Origin: Candidatus Multivoradales bacterium | GTDB lineage: Bacteria; Acidobacteriota; Thermoanaerobaculia; Multivoradales; JAHEKO01 | Direction: 5' to 3' | Assembly: GCA_965248055.1 (NCBI GenBank) | Contig: CBDFIJ010000004.1 | Location: 352,001-416,000, forward strand | Length of the DNA stretch: 64,000 nucleotides | Shown here: in pieces, positions 38,151-48,358 of the stretch | Layout of the letters: each line of letters begins with the position of its first letter | Numbering within the stretch: position 1 is the first letter of the stretch | The notes under the pieces: generated by a model | Seen by the model: the letters and a program-made list of their open reading frames with translations, nothing else | What the model was told of the DNA's origin: nothing | Databases searched by the model: none | Made by a program: the position numbers and the translations under genes

Positions 38151-38798
38151 ATGAGCAAGAGTTCAAACCGGTCCGGTGGCTGGATCCTAATCCTGATCAT
38201 TCTCTTGATCCTACTTTTTCTGTTGCTACGCACCTGTCGTCGGACCTCAGGTGAGGACAACGGGAACAACGCTGACGCGCGTGTGGTTTTCGCCACCAGC
38301 CAAACCTTCAACGGCAATCTCGGCAACTTTTCCGGCGCCGATGCCAAGTGCCAAACAGCGGCCCAGAACGCGGGTTTATCGGGCACCTTCAAAGCCTGGA
38401 TAGGTGGTCGCATGGATGACACCGGCAACGGCGGGGGAACGCAGAACGTATCGGAACGCATGGCCCACTCGACCGCGCCGTACAAACTGACAACCGGAAC
38501 CCAAGTCGCCAATGACTGGAATGACCTCACCGATGGATCGCTGGATCACGGCATCGATCGCGATGAAAATGGCAATCCGGTCTCAGGGTCGGTTTGGACC
38601 AATACCAAGACTAATGGCAAAGCCTTCGACCACCGCCGCGACTGTGGCCCGGGATCTTCCCAGGCCGACGTTTGGCGTTCTGCCGATCAGTTTGAATCAG
38701 GACACTTCGGCAACGTTGGCGACACAGGCAGCACTTGGACTTCCAACACCAACACCGCCTGTACCAACTCTTTTCATCTGTACTGCTTCGAACAGTAG
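38151..38798 (+). CDS. Membrane-anchored DUF1554/endostatin-like (lectin-fold) protein
   Basis: N-terminal TM, VFATSQTFNGNLG..GADAKCQ..A, FKAW, VWT and LYCFEQ motifs. Confidence 0.75.
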   Translation: MSKSSNRSGGWILILIILLILLFLLLRTCRRTSGEDNGNNADARVVFATSQTFNGNLGNFSGADAKCQTAAQNAGLSGTFKAWIGGRMDDTGNGGGTQNVSERMAHSTAPYKLTTGTQVANDWNDLTDGSLDHGIDRDENGNPVSGSVWTNTKTNGKAFDHRRDCGPGSSQADVWRSADQFESGHFGNVGDTGSTWTSNTNTACTNSFHLYCFEQ

Positions 38799-38850
38799 AG
38801 ACACTGGGTAGTAGAGGTACCGGGCAGTTGAGATCGAGACTCTGCTTGCA

Positions 38851-39364
38851 CTAGCGAACTGCACTCATCTGGTAGACCCAACTCTCGAATCCGGTCGCAT
38901 CGGTCCTCGACCCGGCTCGTACGCCGCCGATTTTTTCCACTGCTCGCTGCGACCGTAAGTTGTCGGGGCCGATCAGGAAGACCACCCGGTCGACAAACTG
39001 ATAGGCGTGGCGCAGCATCAGTTTCTTCATCTCGCCGTTGTAGGCCCCACCCCAATGGGACCGCGCGAGGAATGTCCAACCAATTTCAACTTCGCTCCGG
39101 TCTAGATCGTGGCCGTAAAAACGGGAGGATCCGATCACTCTGTGTGTGCTGTTGTTGATCCCAACCAAGGCTCCACCGGAGGACAAAGACTCCGCAAAGA
39201 ACGAGCGAAACCCCTCTTCTTCACAACCTGTCTTGACCGGGTGCTGTTGCCAAATCAACGGATCCGAGGCGACCCGGTAAAAGGTCTTCAAAGTCTCCAG
39301 CCTGTAGCGGACGCAGTTCGATCCGGGGACCCCGGAGAGTAGGCTGATATTCAAAATAAATCAT
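38851..39364 (-). CDS. GNAT (RimJ-like) acetyltransferase with a +1 frameshift
   Basis: MIYFEYQPTLRGPRIELRPL..DFEDL from ATG 39364 joins YRVASDPLIWQQHP...EIGWTFL...NLRSQRAVEKIG after removal of one base from the A4 run at 39279-39282. Confidence 0.8.
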
Positions 39365-39565
39365 CTCAAAACACTACCTCGGGCCGCGCTTGGGGACCAG
39401 GCGACACTGCCCAGCAAATCGGTCGATCGCGGCAACTCCGCCGCAACGCCTAGATACCCGCACCCTCGCTCCACAGTTTCGCCACTGCCCAACTGCCACC
39501 ATGTGCTAGCGTCCGCCGCCAATACCGGCGACGGTAACGCTTTTGTACCCAAAGAGGAGACAAAT

Positions 39566-40663
39566 ATGAGCGCCCTGGCAACGACCCTCGACCCCACGGG
39601 GATCGCATCGATCGGACTTCACTTTCCACCCCTATCTATGGCGGTCCGAGATCTGGCTCCCCTGCGTGGCGAAGACCCTGACAAGTACACCTACGGCTTG
39701 GGTTGCGACGAGATGTCTCTGTGCCCTCCGGGATACGGGGTGGTCGAGCTGGCGACCGAGGCTGCGCGTCGAGCGATCAAACGCTGGGGAGGTAGCCTCG
39801 ACAGGATCGGCATGCTCGCAGTTGGCACCGAGAGTAGCCTGGATATGAGCCGTCCGCTTTCCGCATGGGTTGCCGACCGGCTCGGGCTGCGCGGCGCGAT
39901 TCGCTCGTATGAGGTCAAACATGCTTGCTATGGAGGCACTCTGGCCTTGCGCCAAGCTGCCGAATGGCGGATGTCAGGGGCTGCCCAAGGTCAAGCGGCA
40001 CTGGTGATCGCCGCGGATGAGGCACTCTACGAACAACAAGACCCTGGCGAACCCACCCAAGGAGCGGGTGCTGTAGCGATGATCGTCGACCAGCCCGAGA
40101 TCGCCACCATCGAGCCTATCTCCCACTCGTGGAGCGAGCCCGCCTTCGATTTTTGGCGACCGGTTGGGGAAAGCTATCCACGAGTCGATGGCCCTCTTTC
40201 CCTGGACTGCTACAAACGCGCAGCCGAGAACTGCTTCAAGTCGCTGGTCGGAGAAGGTGACGCGAAGAAAGTACTTTCTGAACTTGCAGCAATTTGCTTC
40301 CACGTACCGTTCCCCAAAATGGTCAAAAAGGCACTCTTCCAGGTGGGAGAGTGCTTCGGTTGGGACGAAGCGCAAATTGAAAGCATCTTTCGCGACAAGG
40401 TCACCCCCACCATGGCGTGGAATCGACTGTGCGGCAATGCCTATACCGCCAGCCTATGGATCTCGGTTGCTAAGGCCCTCGGCGGCCTGAACATAGGCCA
40501 GCGGATGGCTGCGTTTTCTTACGGGTCCGGATTCGGCGCCGAGCTGCTAGTGCTTGAAGCAGGTCCCGGGGCCGCAGCTGGCGCCTGGCAGGAAGATGTA
40601 ACCCTTGATTTCAAACAGCGCCGACAAATCACCGTGGATGAATACCAAACACTGCGCGGCTAG
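39566..40663 (+). CDS. Hydroxymethylglutaryl-CoA synthase family protein
   Basis: GTES, KHACYGG (catalytic Cys), GEPTQGAGAVA, DFWRP, FHVPF, GNAYT and SYGSG motifs. GAGGAG RBS. Confidence 0.9.
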   Translation: MSALATTLDPTGIASIGLHFPPLSMAVRDLAPLRGEDPDKYTYGLGCDEMSLCPPGYGVVELATEAARRAIKRWGGSLDRIGMLAVGTESSLDMSRPLSAWVADRLGLRGAIRSYEVKHACYGGTLALRQAAEWRMSGAAQGQAALVIAADEALYEQQDPGEPTQGAGAVAMIVDQPEIATIEPISHSWSEPAFDFWRPVGESYPRVDGPLSLDCYKRAAENCFKSLVGEGDAKKVLSELAAICFHVPFPKMVKKALFQVGECFGWDEAQIESIFRDKVTPTMAWNRLCGNAYTASLWISVAKALGGLNIGQRMAAFSYGSGFGAELLVLEAGPGAAAGAWQEDVTLDFKQRRQITVDEYQTLRG

Positions 40664-40846
40664 CCAAAGAAACCTTCGAGATTCGGCACCAAGCAGGTTC
40701 TTCCATCTGTGGCACCTAATTAGCACAGGATTCGCAAAGCCAGGAAATATCCCTGGTCGCAGACAGCCGACACCTGCGCCGCTGCTAAACTGATATCCCT
40801 GAAGAGCAACGACCCAATCTATCAACACTAACCTTTGAGGTTCCCG

Positions 40847-41407
40847 ATGCAAGCCCACATTTTGAAAAGCAAATTCCCCACTCTCACCCTAGGTATCTTG
40901 GCACTGGGCTTCTGCTTGGTGTCTGGCCAGCCCGCTGCGGCGCAGGACACTCCGCTCAAAATCGGCGTGGTTGATCTCGAATTGATTGCTGTTCAATCTC
41001 CCGCTGGGCAGGAGCTCCAAGGCAAGCTGGAACAGTTTCGCACTACTGCCCAAGCTGAAGTAGAGACTCTGGCGGCGCAGGCCCAAGATATTCAGCAGCG
41101 CGCTGCCGACGGCGCCAATTCTCTCTCCCCCGACAGGCTGGCCGAGTTGCAACGGGAGTACGAAGACAAGGGAATTGCGCTACGACGCCTGCAAGAAGAG
41201 AAACAACAGGAAGCGCAGAGACTGCAGCAACAAGGCCTCAAGGACATCGAGACGCAGCTCGAACCGATTTTCAAAGGAATCCGCGATGATGAGGGCTACG
41301 ACCTGATCCTCAACAACGTCCCAGGGGTTGTGGTCCTCGCAGGAGAACGCGCCAACATCACCCAGAAAGTCTTGGATCGCCTCAACGCGGCCGGCTCCAG
41401 CGGATAG
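40847..41407 (+). CDS. skp: OmpH/Skp periplasmic chaperone
   Basis: Signal peptide, KIGVVD, coiled coil, GYDLIL and NITQKVL motifs. Confidence 0.88.
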   Translation: MQAHILKSKFPTLTLGILALGFCLVSGQPAAAQDTPLKIGVVDLELIAVQSPAGQELQGKLEQFRTTAQAEVETLAAQAQDIQQRAADGANSLSPDRLAELQREYEDKGIALRRLQEEKQQEAQRLQQQGLKDIETQLEPIFKGIRDDEGYDLILNNVPGVVVLAGERANITQKVLDRLNAAGSSG

Positions 41408-41658
41408 TTGCGGGTGGCGACGTTTAGGCCAGTTAAGTCACCGCTAGATGTCCGACCGTACGACAGCGCACAAACGGCTGACTGGTTTTGACACTGTGAA
41501 GCGGATAACCGTCACCACCCATTAATCGGACATTCATTTGTCTTATAGACGTTTCGATTTCCTCAAACCCCTACCTTGTCAGGTGGCAAGAGGGTCCATC
41601 TAGCTCGACAGCTAGACTCTGCAACCAGCTTGTCGCATCCGGCTGGTCCACAGAACTC

Positions 41659-42270
41659 TTACCCTGTCTTGCGTATCACCCAGGTGGTCATACAACGCTT
41701 GTCCTGCACCACCGTGGTCTTGATCGGGTCGACGAGCTGAGCATCTAACTCTAGGGTGGCGTTGAGCAACAATTCTTCGTCAACCAAGAATCGTTCCGCG
41801 CCGTCCGGCTGGATAAAACGACGGTTGCCGAGCGGCTCACAGCGATCCTTCATACCGATAGTGGATGCCAACCGGGCAAACAACAAGCCCCCCGGTTTGA
41901 GCACCCGATTCATTTCGTCGAGCATTGCCCGGAAGTGGTCCTCGGCGCGGGCAAAATGAAGCACCGCGCTGCTGATCACGACATCCATCGACGCATCAGC
42001 AAAGCTCATAGACTCGACCGGTTCGACGCGGAAATTGGCAGGAGACAATCGAGGTGCGTGGTCAACGGCAAGTTCAACAACCTTCGCGATCGACTCTGGA
42101 TGCTGATCTACAGCGAACACCTGGTAGCCCGATCTCAAGAGATAAATCAGGTTGCGACCCGTGCCGCAACCGGCGTCGAGCACGCACATGTCCGAGGTAA
42201 TGCGACCGCGCAGCAATTGGTCGAACAGGTAGATGTCGAGGCCACCAAACTGCGCTTTCAGATCGAGCAT
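41659..42270 (-). CDS. Class I SAM-dependent methyltransferase
   Basis: DIYLFDQLLRGRI, VLDAGCGTGRN, SSAVLHFA and LKPGG motifs. Confidence 0.9.
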   Translation of the reverse strand: MLDLKAQFGGLDIYLFDQLLRGRITSDMCVLDAGCGTGRNLIYLLRSGYQVFAVDQHPESIAKVVELAVDHAPRLSPANFRVEPVESMSFADASMDVVISSAVLHFARAEDHFRAMLDEMNRVLKPGGLLFARLASTIGMKDRCEPLGNRRFIQPDGAERFLVDEELLLNATLELDAQLVDPIKTTVVQDKRCMTTWVIRKTG

Positions 42271-42277
42271 TTCACTC

Positions 42278-43111
42278 TCAGTGGGATCCAACCTGGTGTG
42301 CACTCCCCTTGTCTTCTCGCCGATTCGTTGCTCGAACCAGATCCAAAACGATCGGTAGCAGATTGTCGGCCATGATCTTGGCCCCTTCCCGGTTGGGGTG
42401 AACTCCATCCCAAGTATGTCGATCGGCGTCGAACCCCTTACCGCCATCGACGCTCACCACCCGGGCGCTCGGCAGATCGAGGGAGATCGCCAACTCGCGC
42501 ACTAGCGCGCTGAGCTCACTGAGATGCTCAAGCCCAGGGAACGACGAGGGGATCGGCTCGACCAGAATCACCGACACATTGGGCAACGACCCTCGCAGCA
42601 GCTCCACCATCGACGCTAGATCTTGCCCCACCGTCACTGGGCCCTCGCCTTGACCCAAGTCATTGTGTCCGAGATGGATAATCGCTAGATCCGCGAACTC
42701 AAACGGCACTCCCCGCTGCCAGCGCCGCAAGACTTCAGCGGTCGCCCAACCCCAATATGCCTCATGATGCTGCCCGTCGTGGCGGCCAGAGCCGTCGAAA
42801 GCTCCCTGCTGCGAACCAACGAATTCCACTTCGATTCCCGCACGGGCTATCCCTTCAGCCAGCCAGGGTCGATAACTCTCTCGCGCCGAGCGCCCTTGGC
42901 TGATCGAGTCACCTACAACAACGACCTTGATCGGCCGTGGATTCGCCCCCGATTCAGCACCCCCACTCTCTGAGCTTGGTCCGCAAGCAATCGTCATCAG
43001 CAACACAGTGGATCCCAGTACGGTGACCAGTACGGTGACCAGTACGGTGACCAGTACGGTGACCAGTACGGTGACCAGTGCAATAACCAAGGCAATAAGT
43101 TGTCTGGACAT
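42278..43111 (-). CDS. SGNH/GDSL hydrolase lipoprotein
   Basis: GDSI, HLGHND and DGVHPN motifs. Lipobox TIA-C after a repeat-expanded hydrophobic region. Confidence 0.88.
   Translation of the reverse strand: MSRQLIALVIALVTVLVTVLVTVLVTVLVTVLGSTVLLMTIACGPSSESGGAESGANPRPIKVVVVGDSISQGRSARESYRPWLAEGIARAGIEVEFVGSQQGAFDGSGRHDGQHHEAYWGWATAEVLRRWQRGVPFEFADLAIIHLGHNDLGQGEGPVTVGQDLASMVELLRGSLPNVSVILVEPIPSSFPGLEHLSELSALVRELAISLDLPSARVVSVDGGKGFDADRHTWDGVHPNREGAKIMADNLLPIVLDLVRATNRREDKGSAHQVGSH
43015..43079. repeat. 12-bp tandem repeat (CCAGTACGGTGA) x5.4
   Basis: Five perfect units, encoding VLVT repeats in the SGNH signal region. Confidence 0.95.
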
Positions 43112-43245
43112 CTTGGCTGCTTCAAGCGCTTGACCGCCTAGGTCCAGGCCACACTGTCGCATTCCTGGAGGAAACGAATACTCTCATGCTGAATGTTCTG
43201 AGGTAGCTGTCCCAGTGTTCAAGTCGTCCTTGGCACCAGACACAT

Positions 43246-43785
43246 TTAGAGCTTGCGCCACATGTAGATCTTGCTGGCATAGCCACCATCCAAGGCAATC
43301 GCGCACGGTTCATTGCCATATTCGGCAAATCCATTCCTCTCATAGAGTTCTCGAGCCGCCTGGTTTCCCTCCGTGACCGACAGTTGCACGATACTGACCC
43401 TGTTACGCCGCTTTGCCTCTTCCATCACCGCGTCGATTAGTCGCGCGCCGAGTCCGGAGCCGCGATGCGCCTGCCTCACGTACAGGCCATAGAGCTTCGC
43501 TTTGTGCCGGATCTTTTCGCGAGCGTGAAACTCCAACCCAGCGACACCGCACAGGTCACCGTCGCAACGCACACCAAACACCACACTTCGAGCCTCAGAC
43601 GAATCGCCCAGGCGCGCCGCCCACCAAGATATCGGCAGAGCCACGCGATCCTCTACCGTCGCGGTAAATGCCTCTGGATGAAGTCGATAGCCTTCCAGCA
43701 TCAACTCGCGGTACGCGAGAGCATCGCCAGCGCTCAACTTTTCCGGTTCTTGTTTCTCAAGACCTAGTGTTTTGCTTTTCATCAC
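43246..43785 (-). CDS. GNAT acetyltransferase
   Basis: HPEAF, LYGLYV...RGSGLG and N..ARELYERNGF motifs. Confidence 0.9.
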   Translation of the reverse strand: MMKSKTLGLEKQEPEKLSAGDALAYRELMLEGYRLHPEAFTATVEDRVALPISWWAARLGDSSEARSVVFGVRCDGDLCGVAGLEFHAREKIRHKAKLYGLYVRQAHRGSGLGARLIDAVMEEAKRRNRVSIVQLSVTEGNQAARELYERNGFAEYGNEPCAIALDGGYASKIYMWRKL

Positions 43786-43855
43786 TCGTTCAGATCCGTA
43801 ACCCTGCTGCCGTTGGTTACGCTGAGTAGCCCAAGGAAGCCCGCGGCGCCGTTGC

Positions 43856-44566
43856 CTATTCGAAGACTCGCTTCAGCAGCTCTGTAGTCCTCGCAATTGG
43901 GTCTTCGCGAATTCTCTTTTCCTCTTCGCCCAGGATCGTGAACAGACCACCCATCGCTTCCTCCGTGACGTAATCCTCAAGATCGATTGCAGGCTTGGAA
44001 ACAAAGGGTAACTGGTTGTAGCTGTCGGCCAGGTTCCGGTAAAGACGGGCTAACCCCACCTCACCCATGGTGCTAACAACGATCGGTTGAAACTTGCTAC
44101 GGATCTCCACCGACGTCCTCTGCTGCAGAAAACCGGTTGCGGCGGTCTCGCCCGCGCGCAGAATCCCCATCGCATCGAGAAAGGAAAGACTCCGAATCTG
44201 GTTCCAGAAGATCTCCCTTACTTCACCTGCAGCCTCCTCCGCGGCTCGGTTCATCCCTACCTCCAACTCGTCGACCTGACGCTCCAAGCCAATTTTGCGC
44301 AGTGCGTCGGCCATGTCTTCGAGGTCATTGGGGATGGCGATCCGAATCAGGGCGTTGCCGAGAAAACCATCGACGACCGAAGTACGGTCAATACTTCTCT
44401 GGGTGCCGATCTCCAACGCCTCTCTGAGTCCGGCAACCACCGTATCGCGGTCAAGGTCGGCTGAGTCGCTAGTGACAGCTTCGAAAATGTCTTCGAGCGG
44501 TATGCTCGCACAAGCCAAGGACAAGGGTGCCACAAGGATTAGCAGCAAGATATAGAGCTTCTTCAT
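43856..44566 (-). CDS. DUF4197 family lipoprotein
   Basis: Lipobox SLA-C, GLREALEIG, MNRAAE and EEKRIREDPIARTTELLKRVF motifs. Confidence 0.9.
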   Translation of the reverse strand: MKKLYILLLILVAPLSLACASIPLEDIFEAVTSDSADLDRDTVVAGLREALEIGTQRSIDRTSVVDGFLGNALIRIAIPNDLEDMADALRKIGLERQVDELEVGMNRAAEEAAGEVREIFWNQIRSLSFLDAMGILRAGETAATGFLQQRTSVEIRSKFQPIVVSTMGEVGLARLYRNLADSYNQLPFVSKPAIDLEDYVTEEAMGGLFTILGEEEKRIREDPIARTTELLKRVFE

Positions 44567-44897
44567 CGCCCTATTCTAAATCCAAAGACTGATTACATTA
44601 ACTCGACTACCGCCTAATGAGGCACCTATTTTCGCCACCGATTGTTGCTGTCCGCTTCTATTCCGGGACGAGCGACGCTCCAGGTCGTATCGGAGCCAGT
44701 GCATATGCCTCGCGCTCAAGAAAGTTGTCCAGGCACCGCCGATCTCGCATTGATTGGGGACACAATACTTTGTTTGTGTCCCCCTTAGAGGGCTGCCCTC
44801 TCTCTTCGGGTGATTTGTGGCAGGCAGGCGACGGATTGGCCACGGCCAATACTGTCTATTCTTCAACTAGTCCGGCCTCGCGTTTCCCCGCTTGAAA

Positions 44898-45218
44898 TCA
44901 TCTCTTGAGCAGCAGCAGAAGCATGACCACGGCGGTCTTGGTCTCGACACTGTGCTTCAACCCTGGCGGCATATGAACCCAAGTGCCCGGTTGTGCTTCG
45001 ACGTTATCGCCTCCGAGCGTCAAGCTGGCCTCACCTTGGATGAAGTGCAGGATGGCGGGCATCGATGCCGTGTGTTCTGAGAGTTCTTCACCCTGCCCGA
45101 AGCCGAAGATCACCGCCTTCACGTCATCGTTACTAAACACCGTCCGGGTAAGGATTCCGTCGGCGGGCGGTTCGACTTCGCGAGCAAGATCGACAATATG
45201 TGTGTAGTTGTGACTCAT
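44898..45218 (-). CDS. Cupin domain protein
   Basis: GEELSEHT...G and HMPPGLKHSV motifs. Confidence 0.88.
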   Translation of the reverse strand: MSHNYTHIVDLAREVEPPADGILTRTVFSNDDVKAVIFGFGQGEELSEHTASMPAILHFIQGEASLTLGGDNVEAQPGTWVHMPPGLKHSVETKTAVVMLLLLLKR

Positions 45219-45434
45219 CGTGATTCGGGTTCCCCAGTGGTCCAAAGCGAGTGGTCCAAAGTTGCTATTTCTCTAGTAGCTATTATTTCAATTATTCTGG
45301 CACCTGCTTGGGTCCAAATAGACATGACCACCTCGCAGGTAAGCCCAGGCGCTGGCCAAGAAATAGACCGGCAAGAACAACGGCCCCCAGCGCTGGTACC
45401 GGATGAATTCTTTCGGTGCCACCCGAATCATCGG

Positions 45435-46763
45435 CTACCCCGCTCGCGCCACGCCTCGGCTGACCACCATCATCGTCATGTCGTCGGCCTGAGGTGCCTT
45501 GCCACAGAACGCCAAGACGTCGCCCACCGCGCGGTCAATTAACTTAGGTGGCGCGATATCGCCCTTTTGGTCGAAAAAACTCTCCAGCCGTTCTTCTCCA
45601 TACTCCTCGTCGGCAGGATTTGCCGCCTCGGTGATGCCATCGGTAAACAGCAGTACCCGAGCGCCATCCTTGAGCTCGACCGCCTCTTCCCTAAACGGCG
45701 CACCGTCAAAGGAGCCGAGCACGACACTGGTGGAACCGAGCCGTGCGAATCCCGAGTCGTCGTACAGATAAGGTGGATTGTGACCCGCGTTGACGTAGCT
45801 CAGTTGTCCGGTTGAAGGATCAAGCTCGCCATAGAAGAACGTGATCATCTTGTTGCTCGGCGTGTTGGCGACCAGATAGGTGTTGAGCTTGGCAACCAGT
45901 TCGGCCCCCCGCAGGCCGGAGGAGATCAAACTGCGCAGACTGCCCTGCAGCAGTGCCATCAGCAAGGCCGCCGGCAAACCGTGTCCCGCCACATCTGCCA
46001 GGACAAAGGCAATCCGCCCGTCTCCCAATTCGATGACGTCGTAGTAGTCGCCGCCTACCGAGTCGGCCGGCCGCATTTCGGAGTGAATCGAGACTGGCCC
46101 CGCTTGATACTCGGGATCCGAAACCAACGAGAACTGGATCTCCCTGGCGGCTTCCATATCCGATTTCATCACCGCCCCTTCCCGAAAAACCTCAGCGACA
46201 ACGAAAAGGACCAAGCCAGCAAAAACCACCGACCATCTGAGATCGAACTTGGCATGAAGCGCAACTCCGGCGGTGGTGAACTCACCAACCACCAATCGAG
46301 TACTCCAGGCGGTCAAAGCCGCACGTATAACCTCGCCAACAATGACCGCCAACCCAATAAACCGCAGGTCCTTGGAGTTTCCTGGTGCAAAGGGGCGACT
46401 GTCGATCAACCGGCGAAACACCCTGCGAAGTCTGTGCAGGGTAATGACAATGACCGCCAGCACCGGGAACAAGATCAGAATCGGTAGCAAGAGCATACCG
46501 GCTCGCTCGCCTCTGATGGTCAGATTGCCAATGGCGTCCGAGATATCTGCCTCAACTTCTCGCTCCGGTGAACTGATTTCGTAGACCGATGCGTCCATGT
46601 CAAAGAAGACCGGGAAGTTCTGCGACACATTGCCGTCATTGGACAAGTGGGTAAACACCAGGACCGCGATCAGCAGTACGCCAGCCACGATGGACACATA
46701 GAACAAGACATCGATCACAACCTTGAGCGCGGACGAAAGGGACCGTTTGCCGAGGAGTTTCAT
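45435..46763 (-). CDS. DUF2975 membrane domain fused to SpoIIE/RsbU PP2C phosphatase
   Basis: N-terminal half: LRRVF...PFAPGN..LRFIG and VVAEVFREG. C-terminal half: AREIQ, VGGDYYD, DVAGHG, NAGHNPP, FTDGITEA and DDMT. Confidence 0.85.
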   Translation of the reverse strand: MKLLGKRSLSSALKVVIDVLFYVSIVAGVLLIAVLVFTHLSNDGNVSQNFPVFFDMDASVYEISSPEREVEADISDAIGNLTIRGERAGMLLLPILILFPVLAVIVITLHRLRRVFRRLIDSRPFAPGNSKDLRFIGLAVIVGEVIRAALTAWSTRLVVGEFTTAGVALHAKFDLRWSVVFAGLVLFVVAEVFREGAVMKSDMEAAREIQFSLVSDPEYQAGPVSIHSEMRPADSVGGDYYDVIELGDGRIAFVLADVAGHGLPAALLMALLQGSLRSLISSGLRGAELVAKLNTYLVANTPSNKMITFFYGELDPSTGQLSYVNAGHNPPYLYDDSGFARLGSTSVVLGSFDGAPFREEAVELKDGARVLLFTDGITEAANPADEEYGEERLESFFDQKGDIAPPKLIDRAVGDVLAFCGKAPQADDMTMMVVSRGVARAG

Positions 46764-46797
46764 CTTGTATCCTTCGTGTTGTAAGTCGACGCCGATG

Positions 46798-48102
46798 TCA
46801 GACCAACTCGCGCACCGGTTGTTGTTGCAATGATCCAGGCAGTTCAAGCCCGTGACTGTGCGGCCCGGTCTCTCGTCTCCAAAGCGCGACGGCGAAGAAA
46901 AACGCACCTAGCGCTAGAGCCGCGAAAAACACGATCATCGCACTGTAGCCCGCCGGATTGTCCGCACTCGCGCCGTTAACATCGTTCAGCCAACCGGCGA
47001 CAACGTTGCAGATCGTCATCCCAGCGGCCTGCAGCATGAACAGCAAACCGTAAGCCGTCCCGAGCCGCTTTTTCTCGACCAGTTTGACTACCGAGGGCCA
47101 AAGCACTGCTGGCACCAGCGAAAAGCTGATTCCAAGCAGCACCGTAGTGACCCATAGGCCGCCCTTACCCATCACCAAACCGACAAATGACAGCGGCAAC
47201 AACAACGAACCGAAGACCATCGACAGCGCCCGGCGTCCGTAGTGATCAGCAATCCAGCCGAACAACGGTGTGGCAAAGATCGCGGCCAGAAACACATAAC
47301 TGTTGATCGTCGCCGCGCTCCCGAGGCTCAGCTCGTGAGCGTGCTGGAAGTACTTAATCGCGAAGGTGCTGCGGAAGGGAAAAATCACCGAGTAGAACAA
47401 CACGCACAGGGCGGCGATGTACCAGAACGAAGGTCCGAAACGTACTACATCTCGCCATCGCACCTGCTCGGTAACGCCAGGTTCCGAGGAGATTCCAGGG
47501 GGTGCCTTGCCTCGATCAACCCACCAGTAGATCACCGCGGCGAGCATGCTCAGCGTGGCAAAGCCAGCGGCCAGGCCCAACGGCGCCTGCCAGCCGCGAT
47601 CGTAGGCCGCACTGGCCCAGACCGGCGACAGATCTGCGAGGTATGAACCACCGCGGGCGATGGCCAGGCTCAGCGCCATAGCGAATGCCACACCGCCACG
47701 TGCGAACCAAAGCCCCAGAGCGACGGTAACGGCCACCAACATGGTCTCAGAGCCGATGCCAAACAGCAGGCGTCCAGCCGCCATAGTTATGAAGTCTCCC
47801 TGCCATGCCGTCAGCACGGCGCCAGCGAGACAAATCGCGGTGGTCCCCAGTGTCACGCGGGCAGCACCGAAACGGTCAACGATGAGGCCGCCGATCAACA
47901 CCAGGAAGATATTGGGCAGGCTGTAGATGGCATTGAGTGTGCCTATCTGGGTGTCGCTGAACCCAAGCTGGCTCTCCAACTGTTCGGCCACAGGGCCGAC
48001 AGCGTCGTAGACGTAGTAGTTACCGAACATCAACACACTGACAAAGGCAAGAATCCACCAGCGAGTGCTCGGGGCATCGGAAACAGGTTTGTGGCTGGAC
48101 AT
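46798..48102 (-). CDS. MFS transporter
   Basis: 12 TM helices, with GLIVDRFG and GWIADHYGRR motifs. Confidence 0.92.
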   Translation of the reverse strand: MSSHKPVSDAPSTRWWILAFVSVLMFGNYYVYDAVGPVAEQLESQLGFSDTQIGTLNAIYSLPNIFLVLIGGLIVDRFGAARVTLGTTAICLAGAVLTAWQGDFITMAAGRLLFGIGSETMLVAVTVALGLWFARGGVAFAMALSLAIARGGSYLADLSPVWASAAYDRGWQAPLGLAAGFATLSMLAAVIYWWVDRGKAPPGISSEPGVTEQVRWRDVVRFGPSFWYIAALCVLFYSVIFPFRSTFAIKYFQHAHELSLGSAATINSYVFLAAIFATPLFGWIADHYGRRALSMVFGSLLLPLSFVGLVMGKGGLWVTTVLLGISFSLVPAVLWPSVVKLVEKKRLGTAYGLLFMLQAAGMTICNVVAGWLNDVNGASADNPAGYSAMIVFFAALALGAFFFAVALWRRETGPHSHGLELPGSLQQQPVRELV

Positions 48103-48358
48103 CCGGTGAGATTAGCCTAATTGACGCCGGTTTCAACAATGTGAGAAGACTCCGCAACGGCCCGAGAGAGTCGCGACAATCGCAGTCCGGCAGAGAAAGC
48201 ACCGACCACTCATGCCTGATGGAGGCCGACTCTCCTGTTGCCACTATTCGGATTGCGTCCATTTTCTAGCACCTATTTCTATTTCCAAGTATGTTTGTTT
48301 CTACAACAGGCATTTCTGCCTATCTCTGGCCGGCACCCCATCCAAGGCCGGCCTGGCA

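Noticed and set aside
39365-39565. Possible tRNA or riboswitch upstream of HMG-CoA synthase
   Set aside because: No cloverleaf, T-loop or recognisable aptamer motif.
41408-41658. Intergenic hairpins after skp as an ncRNA
   Set aside because: Only short stems between convergent genes, with no recognisable family.
44576-44895. Small ORFs between the DUF4197 and cupin genes
   Set aside because: No RBS, motif or protein-like composition in any frame.
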